A stretch of 64,000 bases of DNA from Gemmatimonadota bacterium (GTDB lineage Bacteria > Latescibacterota > UBA2968 > GCA-2709665): contig JAPPJY010000058.1 in assembly GCA_028874335.1 (NCBI GenBank), positions 59,309 to 123,308 of the forward strand, read 5' to 3'. The notes under the pieces are model-generated. The model made no database searches and was not told the origin of the DNA. It saw only the letters and a program-made list of their open reading frames with translations. A program made the position numbers and the translations under genes. Position 1 is the first letter of the stretch. Each line of letters begins with the position of its first letter. Positions 18,435 through 25,578 of the stretch are shown here, piece by piece.

Positions 18435-19828
18435 GTGACTAGTTGCTCGCAAGAGTACTTATTTGTCGATTCGTCTTCCTCAGGCAGTTCAGCCGCCGCC
18501 TCGCGCACATCGAGCTTACCTGTGACGACATCGGCGATCAGGCGGGTGCGGTATTCCTGGACGAGAGCGATTTCTCGATTTGTTCGTTCGATCGCCTTTT
18601 CCAGCCCGCTCGTTTTCTCAGAAATCGCCTTGAGAATGGTTAACTGCTCTTCCAGAATTGGAAGAAGAACCGGGAACTTGCGCAGTGTGTTGCTATTGGT
18701 GGATGCAAGGTTCGTCGTCTTCTTTGCGGTGAATTCGAAATATGCCCGCCCGTGGATTGAACCCATTAGCCCAACCAGAAACTCCGGGCTCAGCAGCCCC
18801 CGCCGACATCGTACCGCAAAGATGTGATTCTGGTGTAAACATCCTGGGATCTCATCTCGCCAGACACACCCACGCCCAAGTTTGTCGATATCTCCGCCTT
18901 CGGTCATCAAAACGTCGCCGGGCAACAAGGCAGCCCGAGCCGCTTCATCCCGGGGAACATCGATAGACTTGACCTGCGATAGGTCCAAACAACCTGCCTG
19001 AACATTAGCAACTCGCAGATATGGTCTAGATATCGTTTGCGTACTCCTATAATCTTTGCCCAACGTGAGACCGGTTTGAACTTGTGCGACATCCTTGAGG
19101 CGGAGAAACTGCCAATGCTCCGGCACATCGCCCAGCCACTCCACAACGGAGGCCTCGTAGGCCGGATAGGGCTGGCCGGTTCGGACGTCGATTTGGCCCG
19201 TAACGGCCTGGTGGATGATGGCCTGCTTCTGCTCCTCCAGCAGCGCAATCAGCTTCTGCTTGGCGCGGATGTAGCGCTGGATGCGCCGGTCGGCGTGGTC
19301 GAGGAAACGGACGATAGCGGACTGCTCGGGAACTGGTGGGAGTGGCAGGTACGAACGGGCGAGACTTTCGTAGTCTATGTTTTGGCCCTGACGAATACCT
19401 GTGACGAATAGCGACAGATTCTCGATGTACGGGCGTGATTTAAACACTCTGGCAAGATAAGCGTGGTGATCTGGAACACGTGGACATAGAATCGTGTATG
19501 CAGGGCTGATTATTCCTTGTTCTCGCGCAAACTCGATACCTCCTTGAAACGATCTCAAACTAATTACAAAGTCGCCGACGCGTACAATCTTGAGCAATTC
19601 GAGATCCTTCAATGCAAGCACCGTGCGATTCTCGTACTTCTCCTTTCGCACAACTCCTTTGGTCTGCGTAGCTGCCAGTAATGGCTCGTTAGGGTAACCC
19701 TTTTCGCTTCGCTGGACAAGAAGACTCTTCGTTCTCCTAAGTTCCCAATGCTTGGGCACCTTCCCCAGCCAATCGACGCCGGTGTCCATATAGTCAGGAT
19801 AGGGTTTGAGATTCGAGGTTATCATCAT
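18431..19828 (-). CDS. hsdS: Type I restriction-modification S (specificity) subunit
   Basis: 465 aa with two target-recognition regions, each followed by a conserved helical repeat (...IALLEEQKQAIIHQAVTGQIDV... and ...IALVQEYRTRLIADVVTGKLDV...). Confidence 0.9.
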   Translation of the reverse strand: MMITSNLKPYPDYMDTGVDWLGKVPKHWELRRTKSLLVQRSEKGYPNEPLLAATQTKGVVRKEKYENRTVLALKDLELLKIVRVGDFVISLRSFQGGIEFAREQGIISPAYTILCPRVPDHHAYLARVFKSRPYIENLSLFVTGIRQGQNIDYESLARSYLPLPPVPEQSAIVRFLDHADRRIQRYIRAKQKLIALLEEQKQAIIHQAVTGQIDVRTGQPYPAYEASVVEWLGDVPEHWQFLRLKDVAQVQTGLTLGKDYRSTQTISRPYLRVANVQAGCLDLSQVKSIDVPRDEAARAALLPGDVLMTEGGDIDKLGRGCVWRDEIPGCLHQNHIFAVRCRRGLLSPEFLVGLMGSIHGRAYFEFTAKKTTNLASTNSNTLRKFPVLLPILEEQLTILKAISEKTSGLEKAIERTNREIALVQEYRTRLIADVVTGKLDVREAAAELPEEDESTNKYSCEQLVT

Positions 19829-19831
19829 CTA

Positions 19832-20419
19832 TCACCATTGTAGGGGCGACCGGCCGGTCGCCCGTGTGCCGATTGGATCCCGGCCGTCCCTATTGGCAGG
19901 ATTCTCCGGGTCTTTCGACCATCCGGGCGGGTTAACCGCGATGTATTGCCGAATCCAATACAGCGTGGATTCGTTTCTGATAATGTGTTCGTAGTAATTG
20001 CGCTGCCATACCAATGCGCCGGGAGTGCCGCGCATGGCGTTGATGCGTTTGGTTACGGCAGATTTGAATCCAGCCATCATGGCGCCGAGTGACTTCGGTC
20101 GCGGACCGCCACGGGCGACCGGCCGGTCGCCCCTACGGCTTTCGTCGGCTATTATGACGATGCCGTGAACATGGTTGGGCATGACAACCCAGGCATCCAG
20201 TTCAATCTCGCTGCGGATCCATGCGGATTGTAGCCACTCCTCTTCGACTATCCAGCCCAATTCGTTCAGCGCCATCTCACCATCTTTCACTTCGCCGAAC
20301 AGTAATTCCCTCCCGACTGTGCAGACGGTGATAAAATATGCGCCTGCTCTCGAATAGTCGTTGTCGCGCAATCGGATCGCGCGACGGCGACGTATCTCTG
20401 GATCGCATGAGGCGTTCAT
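19832..20419 (-). CDS. REP-associated tyrosine transposase (RAYT, IS200/IS605-like Y1 HUH family)
   Basis: Start at MNASCDPEIRRRRAIRLRDNDYSRAGAYFITVCT. HUH motif PNHVHGIV and catalytic-Tyr region RNYYEHIIRNE. REP palindromes lie inside the ORF (20113-20132) and at its 3' end (19844-19863). Confidence 0.8.
   Translation of the reverse strand: MNASCDPEIRRRRAIRLRDNDYSRAGAYFITVCTVGRELLFGEVKDGEMALNELGWIVEEEWLQSAWIRSEIELDAWVVMPNHVHGIVIIADESRRGDRPVARGGPRPKSLGAMMAGFKSAVTKRINAMRGTPGALVWQRNYYEHIIRNESTLYWIRQYIAVNPPGWSKDPENPANRDGRDPIGTRATGRSPLQW
19844..19863. repeat. REP palindrome copy 3
   Basis: gggcgaccggccggtcgccc, encoding the RAYT C-terminal ATGRSP. Confidence 0.9.
20113..20132. repeat. REP palindrome copy 4 (inside the RAYT ORF, in frame)
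   Basis: gggcgaccggccggtcgccc, read as RGDRPVARG between the HUH and Tyr motifs. Confidence 0.9.
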
Positions 20420-20590
20420 TATGCCCTCGGAACTTCGCACAGCAACGATTCCATCTCTTTCTCCACCAACAGGATACCCGCACGTATTTCTTCCAGAGTC
20501 CGCATCGGCTGGGGCTCGTAACAGTACAGGGTGAAGCTGATTTCGTATCCGATTCTTACGCTGTCCGGTTGATACCAAGCTTCAGCGCCC
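20419..20590 (-). pseudogene. Relic 3' end of an hsdM gene with its natural stop
   Basis: Own translation: ...AEAWYQPDSVRIGYEISFTLYCYEPQPMRTLEEIRAGILLVEKEMESLLCEVPRA*. The live HsdM has ...AADAWHQTDSVKIGYEISFTRYFYKPQPMRTLEEIGADILALEKETEGLLGDLPLV. The TAA overlaps the RAYT ATG (TAATG). Confidence 0.75.
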
Positions 20591-20653
20591 GACGCCTGGC
20601 ACTCGCGCCGTCGGCTTTCAATTGGACCGAACTATTATTGTTTTCCTTGCTCT

Positions 20654-20995
20654 CTACAGGTATTCAACAGCCGAGTCGTTGCCATGTTGTGTCGGCTCTT
20701 GGATCTTTCGCGGAATCTTCGAAGAGAATTTCTGTCGCAAGGAATCTATAAATGATCGACTCTCCTCGAGCGATCGGTCAATCTCATTCTGATGATCGAA
20801 ATAGTAAGCCAGTGCTGCGTACACATCCGCAAGAGTTATATCGTAATCATTGGCGATTTCGTCGGCGCTCCTGCCCAGCCGCTCGTGCCAGATGATGATA
20901 TTCTCCACGGTAATTCGACGACCGGCTATACGTGGTTTACCGCCTGAAATGCCCGGGGTGATCTCGATATGTTGATTCAGAGTTTCCGTTGTCAT
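20654..20995 (-). CDS. DUF433 domain protein (copy 4, classical subtype)
   Basis: Start at MTTETLNQHIEITPGISGGKPRIAGRRITVENIIIWHERLGRSADEIANDYDITLADVYAALAYY. The upstream part of the 171-aa ORF is a REP/RAYT fragment. Confidence 0.8.
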   Translation of the reverse strand: MTTETLNQHIEITPGISGGKPRIAGRRITVENIIIWHERLGRSADEIANDYDITLADVYAALAYYFDHQNEIDRSLEESRSFIDSLRQKFSSKIPRKIQEPTQHGNDSAVEYL

Positions 20996-21043
20996 TTCCG
21001 TTTCTCCTGAGTTCGGCGCCCGTCGCGGCGTCAATGCAGGCGC

Positions 21044-21063
21044 GGGCGACCGGCCGGTCGCCC
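21044..21063. repeat. REP palindrome copy 5
   Basis: gggcgaccggccggtcgccc. Confidence 0.9.
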
Positions 21064-21160
21064 CTACGGCGATGGGACCCCGGCCATCCCAAAAGACAGA
21101 ATTCTCCCAGCCTTCCGACCATCTGGCCAGGCTATATGCGTTGTATCGCCGAATCCGCCG
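21044..21160 (-). repeat. RAYT 3'-end fragment plus REP (F1)
   Basis: Translates IRRYNAYSLARWSEGWENSVFWDGRGPIAVGATGRSP. The RAYT C-terminus is IRQYIAVNPPGWSKDPENPANRDGRDPIGTRATGRSP. Confidence 0.7.
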
Positions 21161-21245
21161 ACGGTTCACCGTATAACTGAAATTCCAGCATACGCGGAAT
21201 GCCTTCGGCTCAGCCGTCCCGATGTTCTGCTGACCTGTTCTGCGC

Positions 21246-21424
21246 TTATTTGCGTATTCGCGCGGCCATTGCCTCCAGCACGGGGTCGGAATACCGCTTC
21301 GAATTGAACCACGTTACCATTTCCTCGGCAGTCATGCCGGCGGTCTCCGCGGTTATGCGGGCGCGGGCCTGGCGCATGAATTCGACACAGTCGAATTTCT
21401 TTTTCTTGGAGTGTCATCAGTCAT
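21246..21424 (-). pseudogene. Small-protein paralogue A1, 1-nt deletion after codon 5
   Basis: ATGACTGATGACAC-tccaagaaaaagaaattcgac here vs -ccggaagaaaaagaaattcgac in A4. The downstream frame reads KKKKFDCVEFMRQARARITAETAGMTAEEMVTWFNSKRYSDPVLEAMAARIRK*. An internal ATG at 21377 could still give a 43-aa product. Confidence 0.65.
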
Positions 21425-21506
21425 GGATGATCTCCTCTGGCCTGCGAACGTCTATAGCGGCGTATCCCTCTTGACGATTGACGTCGTTGTAGGCTCTAAT
21501 GCGCCG
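21417..21506 (-). pseudogene. Relic 3' end of a PIN gene
   Basis: RRIRAYNDVNRQEGYAAIDVRRPEEIIHD* vs the HsdM-PIN C-terminus RRIRAYNEVNRQNGYPAIDIRTPEEIVHD*. The same ATGACTGA stop/start overlap with the following A gene is present. Confidence 0.7.
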
Positions 21507-21551
21507 GAATTCTTCTATGCAGGATAAGGCATCGGGCCAGGGATCATGGAG

Positions 21552-21800
21552 TCAACCAAAGAGAGTTTCCCGTACTTCGCGTTTGGACAGACCAAGAAAC
21601 TCCGCCACGTCGGCGATGATTCCATCAAGCGTCCCGACTCGCACATCCCGATGCCTCGGTACTGTCACGCTGTGCCGGTTACTGTCGATTGTCAACGTCA
21701 CAGTCATGTGGTTGCCTTTGGTTCGCGTCACGAGGTAGCCATAGTGACGCGTGAGCCGCCTGGCAACCTCGTTTCCAGCGAGGTCGCGGGGCAGTTTCAT
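21552..21800 (-). CDS. HicA-family toxin (second, divergent copy)
   Basis: MKLPRDLAGNEVARRLTRHYGYLVTRTKGNHMTVT...HSVTVPRHRDVRVGTLDGIIADVAEFLGLSKREVRETLF. Confidence 0.7.
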   Translation of the reverse strand: MKLPRDLAGNEVARRLTRHYGYLVTRTKGNHMTVTLTIDSNRHSVTVPRHRDVRVGTLDGIIADVAEFLGLSKREVRETLFG

Positions 21801-22024
21801 ACCGCGATGGCCTCCACTCTGACCAAATGCAGTCTGATCACTCGCGGCATGTTCTCGCCGTCAAAATGACAACGCACTGCGTCTCGTACCATAGCCTTCA
21901 GGTCGTTCCAGTCTTCTCCCTGCGTGAAGATGCTATGCCCGAGCGCTCTGGCGTCGTATCCGCCTTCAACCGCTTCAGTTACCTCGAAAATGATCTCGCT
22001 CTGTCTCATCTGTATATCCTCCAT
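21797..22024 (-). CDS. HicB-like antitoxin (short form)
   Basis: SEIIFEVTEAVEGGYDARALGHSIFTQGEDWNDLKAMVRDAVRCHFD...VIRLHLVR. Overlaps the HicA start by 4 nt (ATGA). The true start may be the M at 22009. Confidence 0.65.
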   Translation of the reverse strand: MEDIQMRQSEIIFEVTEAVEGGYDARALGHSIFTQGEDWNDLKAMVRDAVRCHFDGENMPRVIRLHLVRVEAIAV

Positions 22025-22130
22025 GTGTCTTGGCCATTCTTAGCATCAGGATTCACCGGGTCTTCCGACCATCCGGTCGCGTTATCCGCGATGTATTGCC
22101 GAATCCGATCCGACGTGGATTCGTTCCGGA
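22025..22130 (-). repeat. RAYT 3'-end fragment without palindrome (F3)
   Basis: Translates ESTSDRIRQYIADNATGWSEDPVNPDAKNGQD vs the RAYT NESTLYWIRQYIAVNPPGWSKDPENPANRDGRD. Confidence 0.65.
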
Positions 22131-22134
22131 TTCA

Positions 22135-22275
22135 CCTATGCGGGCGAACGGCCGGTCGCCCCTACGGCGATGGGATCCTGGCCATCCCAATCGGCAGGAT
22201 TTTCCGGGTTTTCCAACCATCTGGCCGGGTGATCCGCGAGGTTTTGCCGAATCCAATCTGGTGTTTATGCGTCTG
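22135..22275 (-). repeat. RAYT 3'-end fragment plus REP (F2)
   Basis: Translates WIRQNLADHPARWLENPENPADWDGQDPIAVGATGRSPA*. Confidence 0.7.
22142..22161. repeat. REP palindrome copy 6 (one mismatch)
   Basis: gggcgaacggccggtcgccc. Confidence 0.85.
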
Positions 22276-22351
22276 GTTCCGCCCGATTCGTTTGAACGAA
22301 CGTGCAACCCCTTGTTTCTCGACCCTTGCTCGTAAGGTCAACGATCAGGGT

Positions 22352-22549
22352 TCACCCTCTTTTGCCTTCGTCCAATTCGCGCAAAGGCACCGCCAGTCGT
22401 TCCAGAACAGGGTCGTCATAACGATACGTACGATAGTATTGGATTCGCTCCGCATGGCTCATGCCGGCTGTTTCCTCGGCAATCCTCGCACGGACTTCCC
22501 GCACAAAGCGGTTGCAGTCGAACCTCTCGCCAGCGGCTTCATGGGTCAT
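22352..22549 (-). CDS. Small-protein paralogue A2 (candidate antitoxin-like protein)
   Basis: MTHEAAGERFDCNRFVREVRARIAEETAGMSHAERIQYYRTYRYDDPVLERLAVPLRELDEGKRG. It shares FDC..R.vRaRI.eE.AGM...E...DPVLE with A1, A3 and A4. Confidence 0.6.
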   Translation of the reverse strand: MTHEAAGERFDCNRFVREVRARIAEETAGMSHAERIQYYRTYRYDDPVLERLAVPLRELDEGKRG

Positions 22550-22607
22550 AACGGAATCTCCCGCGTCCATACGCAGCCAAAAGCCTTCGTTCCGTTCCCG
22601 GTTTTCG

Positions 22608-22847
22608 TTATTTATCGCAATCGGAGCCGGACCGGCCGCCGTCGTTTGCCCCATCGTCCTGCCAGGGTCGCACAACCCTGGACTTCGGAATGCGAGCGAA
22701 GTAGGGATCCTTGCCGACAGCCGCATTGAGCCGACGGCGCCGCTCTTCAGGGGACATTCCCGCCAGTTCCGCGTTGATCCGGTCCCGGACCTCGCGCGTC
22801 CATTTTATGCAGTCGAAAGCCTTTGTGTTGCTCTCACGCTTCTTCAT
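22608..22847 (-). CDS. Small-protein paralogue A3
   Basis: MKKRESNTKAFDCIKWTREVRDRINAELAGMSPEERRRRLNAAVGKDPYFARIP... Confidence 0.6.
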   Translation of the reverse strand: MKKRESNTKAFDCIKWTREVRDRINAELAGMSPEERRRRLNAAVGKDPYFARIPKSRVVRPWQDDGANDGGRSGSDCDK

Positions 22848-22914
22848 TTGCAAGCTCCATCCGGCTGCGCATGTCCACCAGGTGGTGCCCAAAGCGCTTC
22901 GGTTTCCCTTCGGT

Positions 22915-23130
22915 TCAGCTGTCGGAACTGTCTGTTGGCCCGTCCTGCGTGGATTTGCGTATTCGCGCGGCCATTGCTTCCAGCACGGGGTCGGAATACC
23001 GTTTGGAATTGAACCACTCAACCATTTCCTCGGCAGTCATGCCGGCGATTTCGGCGGTAATTCGGGCGCGGGCCCGGCGCATGAATTCGACAGAGTCGAA
23101 TTTCTTTTTCTTCCGGGTGTCATCAGTCAT
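22915..23130 (-). CDS. Small-protein paralogue A4; its start overlaps the HsdM-PIN stop
   Basis: MTDDTRKKKKFDSVEFMRRARARITAEIAGMTAEEMVEWFNSKRYSDPVLEAMAARIRKSTQDGPTDSSDS. The ATG at 23130-23128 lies in the sequence cATGACTGAtg, where the hsdM-PIN TGA is 23125-23123. Confidence 0.7.
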   Translation of the reverse strand: MTDDTRKKKKFDSVEFMRRARARITAEIAGMTAEEMVEWFNSKRYSDPVLEAMAARIRKSTQDGPTDSSDS

Positions 23131-23584
23131 GGACGATTTCCTCCGGCGTACGAATGTCAATAGCGGGGTATCCGTTTTGACGATTGACCTCGTTGTAGGC
23201 TCTGATACGCCGCCAATTCACCATGTGCCTGAAATTCCAGCTAACCAGGACGTCGGCTCTGGCGAGAGTCGCGGTGGCAATGTGCAGCGCGTCGGCCCGG
23301 TTGGCGCCACCTATGGCGCCAGCCGTTATGTAGGCATCGGCAAGCTCTCTCGCTTCTCTCGAAACGGCGAGTATTTCCGTGTGTTCCGAGGGAACGGCGC
23401 TGGTCGCCTGCCTGACGGGGAGCGAAGCATCCGCGAGTTCATCCAGGGTGATGTTCGAGATGAGCATCGTGGCGTCCCCCTGGCGAAAAACCTCGAACAG
23501 CCGCGTCGATTGTTCGCGGAATTCATCGTCATGGCAACCGCCGATCACCGAGGTATCCACGTAGATGCGCGGCTTGCCGTACAC
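23123..23584 (-). other. PIN (VapC-like) domain segment of the HsdM ORF; possible internal GTG start at 23584
   Basis: (V)YGKPRIYVDTSVIGGCHDDEFREQSTRLF...NRADALHIATATLARADVLVSWNFRHMVNWRRIRAYNEVNRQNGYPAIDIRTPEEIVHD. The conserved acidic positions are D in YVDTS, E in DDEF, D in ADALH and D in ADVLV. Confidence 0.75.
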
Positions 23585-25564
23585 AGCCGGCGGTTCGCGC
23601 ACCAGCGGCAGATCGCCGAGCAGCCCCTCAGTCTCTTTCTCCAGCGCCAGAATATCCGCCCCAATTTCCTCCAGGGTCCGCATGGGCTGGGGCTTGTAAA
23701 AATACCGTGTAAAACTGATTTCGTAGCCGATTTTTACGCTGTCCGTTTGATGCCACGCGTCAGCGGCGTAGGGCAGGACCTCTCGCTGCAGAAACGCTTC
23801 GATGCCGCCTTCTTCCTGTAGTGGAATCTGCTCGGTGTCGCGCAGGTCGGTGTCCGGTTCGTACTCGACCACGACGGGCCTGCCGTCGACAGTAGCCTCG
23901 AACCGGCCGCGCAGCGGGTCGGCTTCCGTGCCTCTCTTGTGTACCCTTTTTATCACTGGCGACGCGGTTTCGCTTCGTTCGCAAGTCTCCTTTAACTTCT
24001 TGATTTCGGAGGCCTTATATGCACGGTTGGGGTCAATTTCTTCGAGCCGAAGCGGCCTTTCGACTGTCACCTTCCAGTATCCGAAGGCGGCGTTGTCGAA
24101 GATCTTGCTCTGTTCAGTTTCCTCGAAGGCCAGAAACGTGTCGCAGATGCGCCGGACGTCCTCCTCGCCGAGTTCACAGTTCTTCTTGCCCAGGTTCTTG
24201 CGCAGCGGCCGGTACCACTCGGTGGCATCGATCAACTGCACCTTGCCCCGGCGATGCTCCGGCTTCCGGTTGGTGATCACCCACACGTAGGTGGCGATGC
24301 CGGTGTTGTAGAACATATTGAGCGGCAGCGAGACAATCGCCTCCAGCCAGTCGTTCTCGATGATCCAGCGCCGGATATTGCTCTCTCCCTGCCCGGCGTC
24401 GCCCGTGAACAGCGAACTGCCGTTATGCACCTCGGCGATGCGGCTGCCACCCTCCTTCATCTTGGAGAGTTTGTTAGCCAGAAAGAGCATCTGGCCGTCG
24501 CTGGACCGGGTAACCAGCGAATACTCGGGATCGTCGGCGTGCTCGATCACAAAGCGCGGGTCCCGCATTTCCTTTTTGCCGCCCATGCGCTCCAGATCGG
24601 TCTTCCAACTCTTCCCGTAGGGCGGATTCGAAAGCATGAAGTCGAACTCGCGGGACGGGAAGGCGTCGTTGGCCAGGGTGGAATGCTCAGGGCCGCCGAC
24701 GATGTTGTCGGCCGCGTCTCCTTCACCCTTCAGGAGAAGGTCGGCCTTGCAGATGGCGTAGGTCTCGGCGTTGATTTCCTGGCCATACAGGTGGGTGGAG
24801 ACCTGCTCACCGCGCTCGGCTGCGAGTTGCTGGAGCACCTCTTCAGCCACGGTCAACATGCCGCCTGTACCGCACGCGCCGTCGTAGATCAGGTAGGTGC
24901 TGGATGTAATTTCGTCAGCGACGGGCAGGAAGACCAGCTTCGCCATCAGCGTCACCGCATCGCGCGGCGTCCAGTGTTCCCCCGCCTCCTCGTTGTTCTC
25001 CTCGTTAAAGCGCCGGATCAGCTCCTCGAAGATCGTCCCCATGCCGTGGTTGTCCAGGCCAGGGTGTCTGACCGAACCATCGCCGTTGTGCACCGGATCC
25101 GGGCTCAGGTTGACGTCCGGAGAAGTGAGTTTTTCGATCAGCGTACCCAACGCATCGGCCCTGGAAAGACGGGGTACCTGGTTTCGGAATTCGAAGTTTT
25201 CAAGGATGTCCTGCACGTTTGGCGAGAACCCGTCCAGCCAGGCCCTGAAGTCGGCCTCGAGCTGCTGGCGGTTTGCACGGGCGCGCAGGTCGCGCAGAGT
25301 GAACCTGGAAGTATTGTAAAAGTCCTGTCCCGCAGCCTGTCTCAACGGCTCTTCCTGTTCGACCAAGCCGATTTGTTCGAGGTTTGCCTGCATGTCCAAA
25401 ACCGCCTGCTTGCTATCCTCCAGTACCGCGTCCAGCCTGCGCAGTACGGTCATCGGCAGGATCACGTCGCGGTACTTGCCGCGGACGTACAGGTCGCGGA
25501 GGACGTCGTCGGCGATTCCCCAGATATAGTTCGCGATCCAGTTCAGGTTGGCGTTGGTTGTCAT
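23123..25564 (-). CDS. hsdM: Type I R-M methyltransferase subunit HsdM fused in frame to a C-terminal PIN domain
   Basis: 813 aa. HsdM N-terminus MTTNANLNWIANYIWGIADDVLRDLYVRGKYRDVILPMTVLRRLD, AdoMet region YDGACGTGGML and motif IV NPPYGK. There is no stop before the PIN-like 153-aa tail. Confidence 0.9.
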   Translation of the reverse strand: MTTNANLNWIANYIWGIADDVLRDLYVRGKYRDVILPMTVLRRLDAVLEDSKQAVLDMQANLEQIGLVEQEEPLRQAAGQDFYNTSRFTLRDLRARANRQQLEADFRAWLDGFSPNVQDILENFEFRNQVPRLSRADALGTLIEKLTSPDVNLSPDPVHNGDGSVRHPGLDNHGMGTIFEELIRRFNEENNEEAGEHWTPRDAVTLMAKLVFLPVADEITSSTYLIYDGACGTGGMLTVAEEVLQQLAAERGEQVSTHLYGQEINAETYAICKADLLLKGEGDAADNIVGGPEHSTLANDAFPSREFDFMLSNPPYGKSWKTDLERMGGKKEMRDPRFVIEHADDPEYSLVTRSSDGQMLFLANKLSKMKEGGSRIAEVHNGSSLFTGDAGQGESNIRRWIIENDWLEAIVSLPLNMFYNTGIATYVWVITNRKPEHRRGKVQLIDATEWYRPLRKNLGKKNCELGEEDVRRICDTFLAFEETEQSKIFDNAAFGYWKVTVERPLRLEEIDPNRAYKASEIKKLKETCERSETASPVIKRVHKRGTEADPLRGRFEATVDGRPVVVEYEPDTDLRDTEQIPLQEEGGIEAFLQREVLPYAADAWHQTDSVKIGYEISFTRYFYKPQPMRTLEEIGADILALEKETEGLLGDLPLVREPPAVYGKPRIYVDTSVIGGCHDDEFREQSTRLFEVFRQGDATMLISNITLDELADASLPVRQATSAVPSEHTEILAVSREARELADAYITAGAIGGANRADALHIATATLARADVLVSWNFRHMVNWRRIRAYNEVNRQNGYPAIDIRTPEEIVHD

Positions 25565-25578
25565 CGGGATTCCCTGGA

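Noticed and set aside
19832-20578. N-terminal 53 codons of the 248-aa ORF as part of the RAYT
   Set aside because: That stretch, read in another frame, is the relic hsdM C-terminus. RAYT homology starts at MNASCDPEI (ATG 20419).
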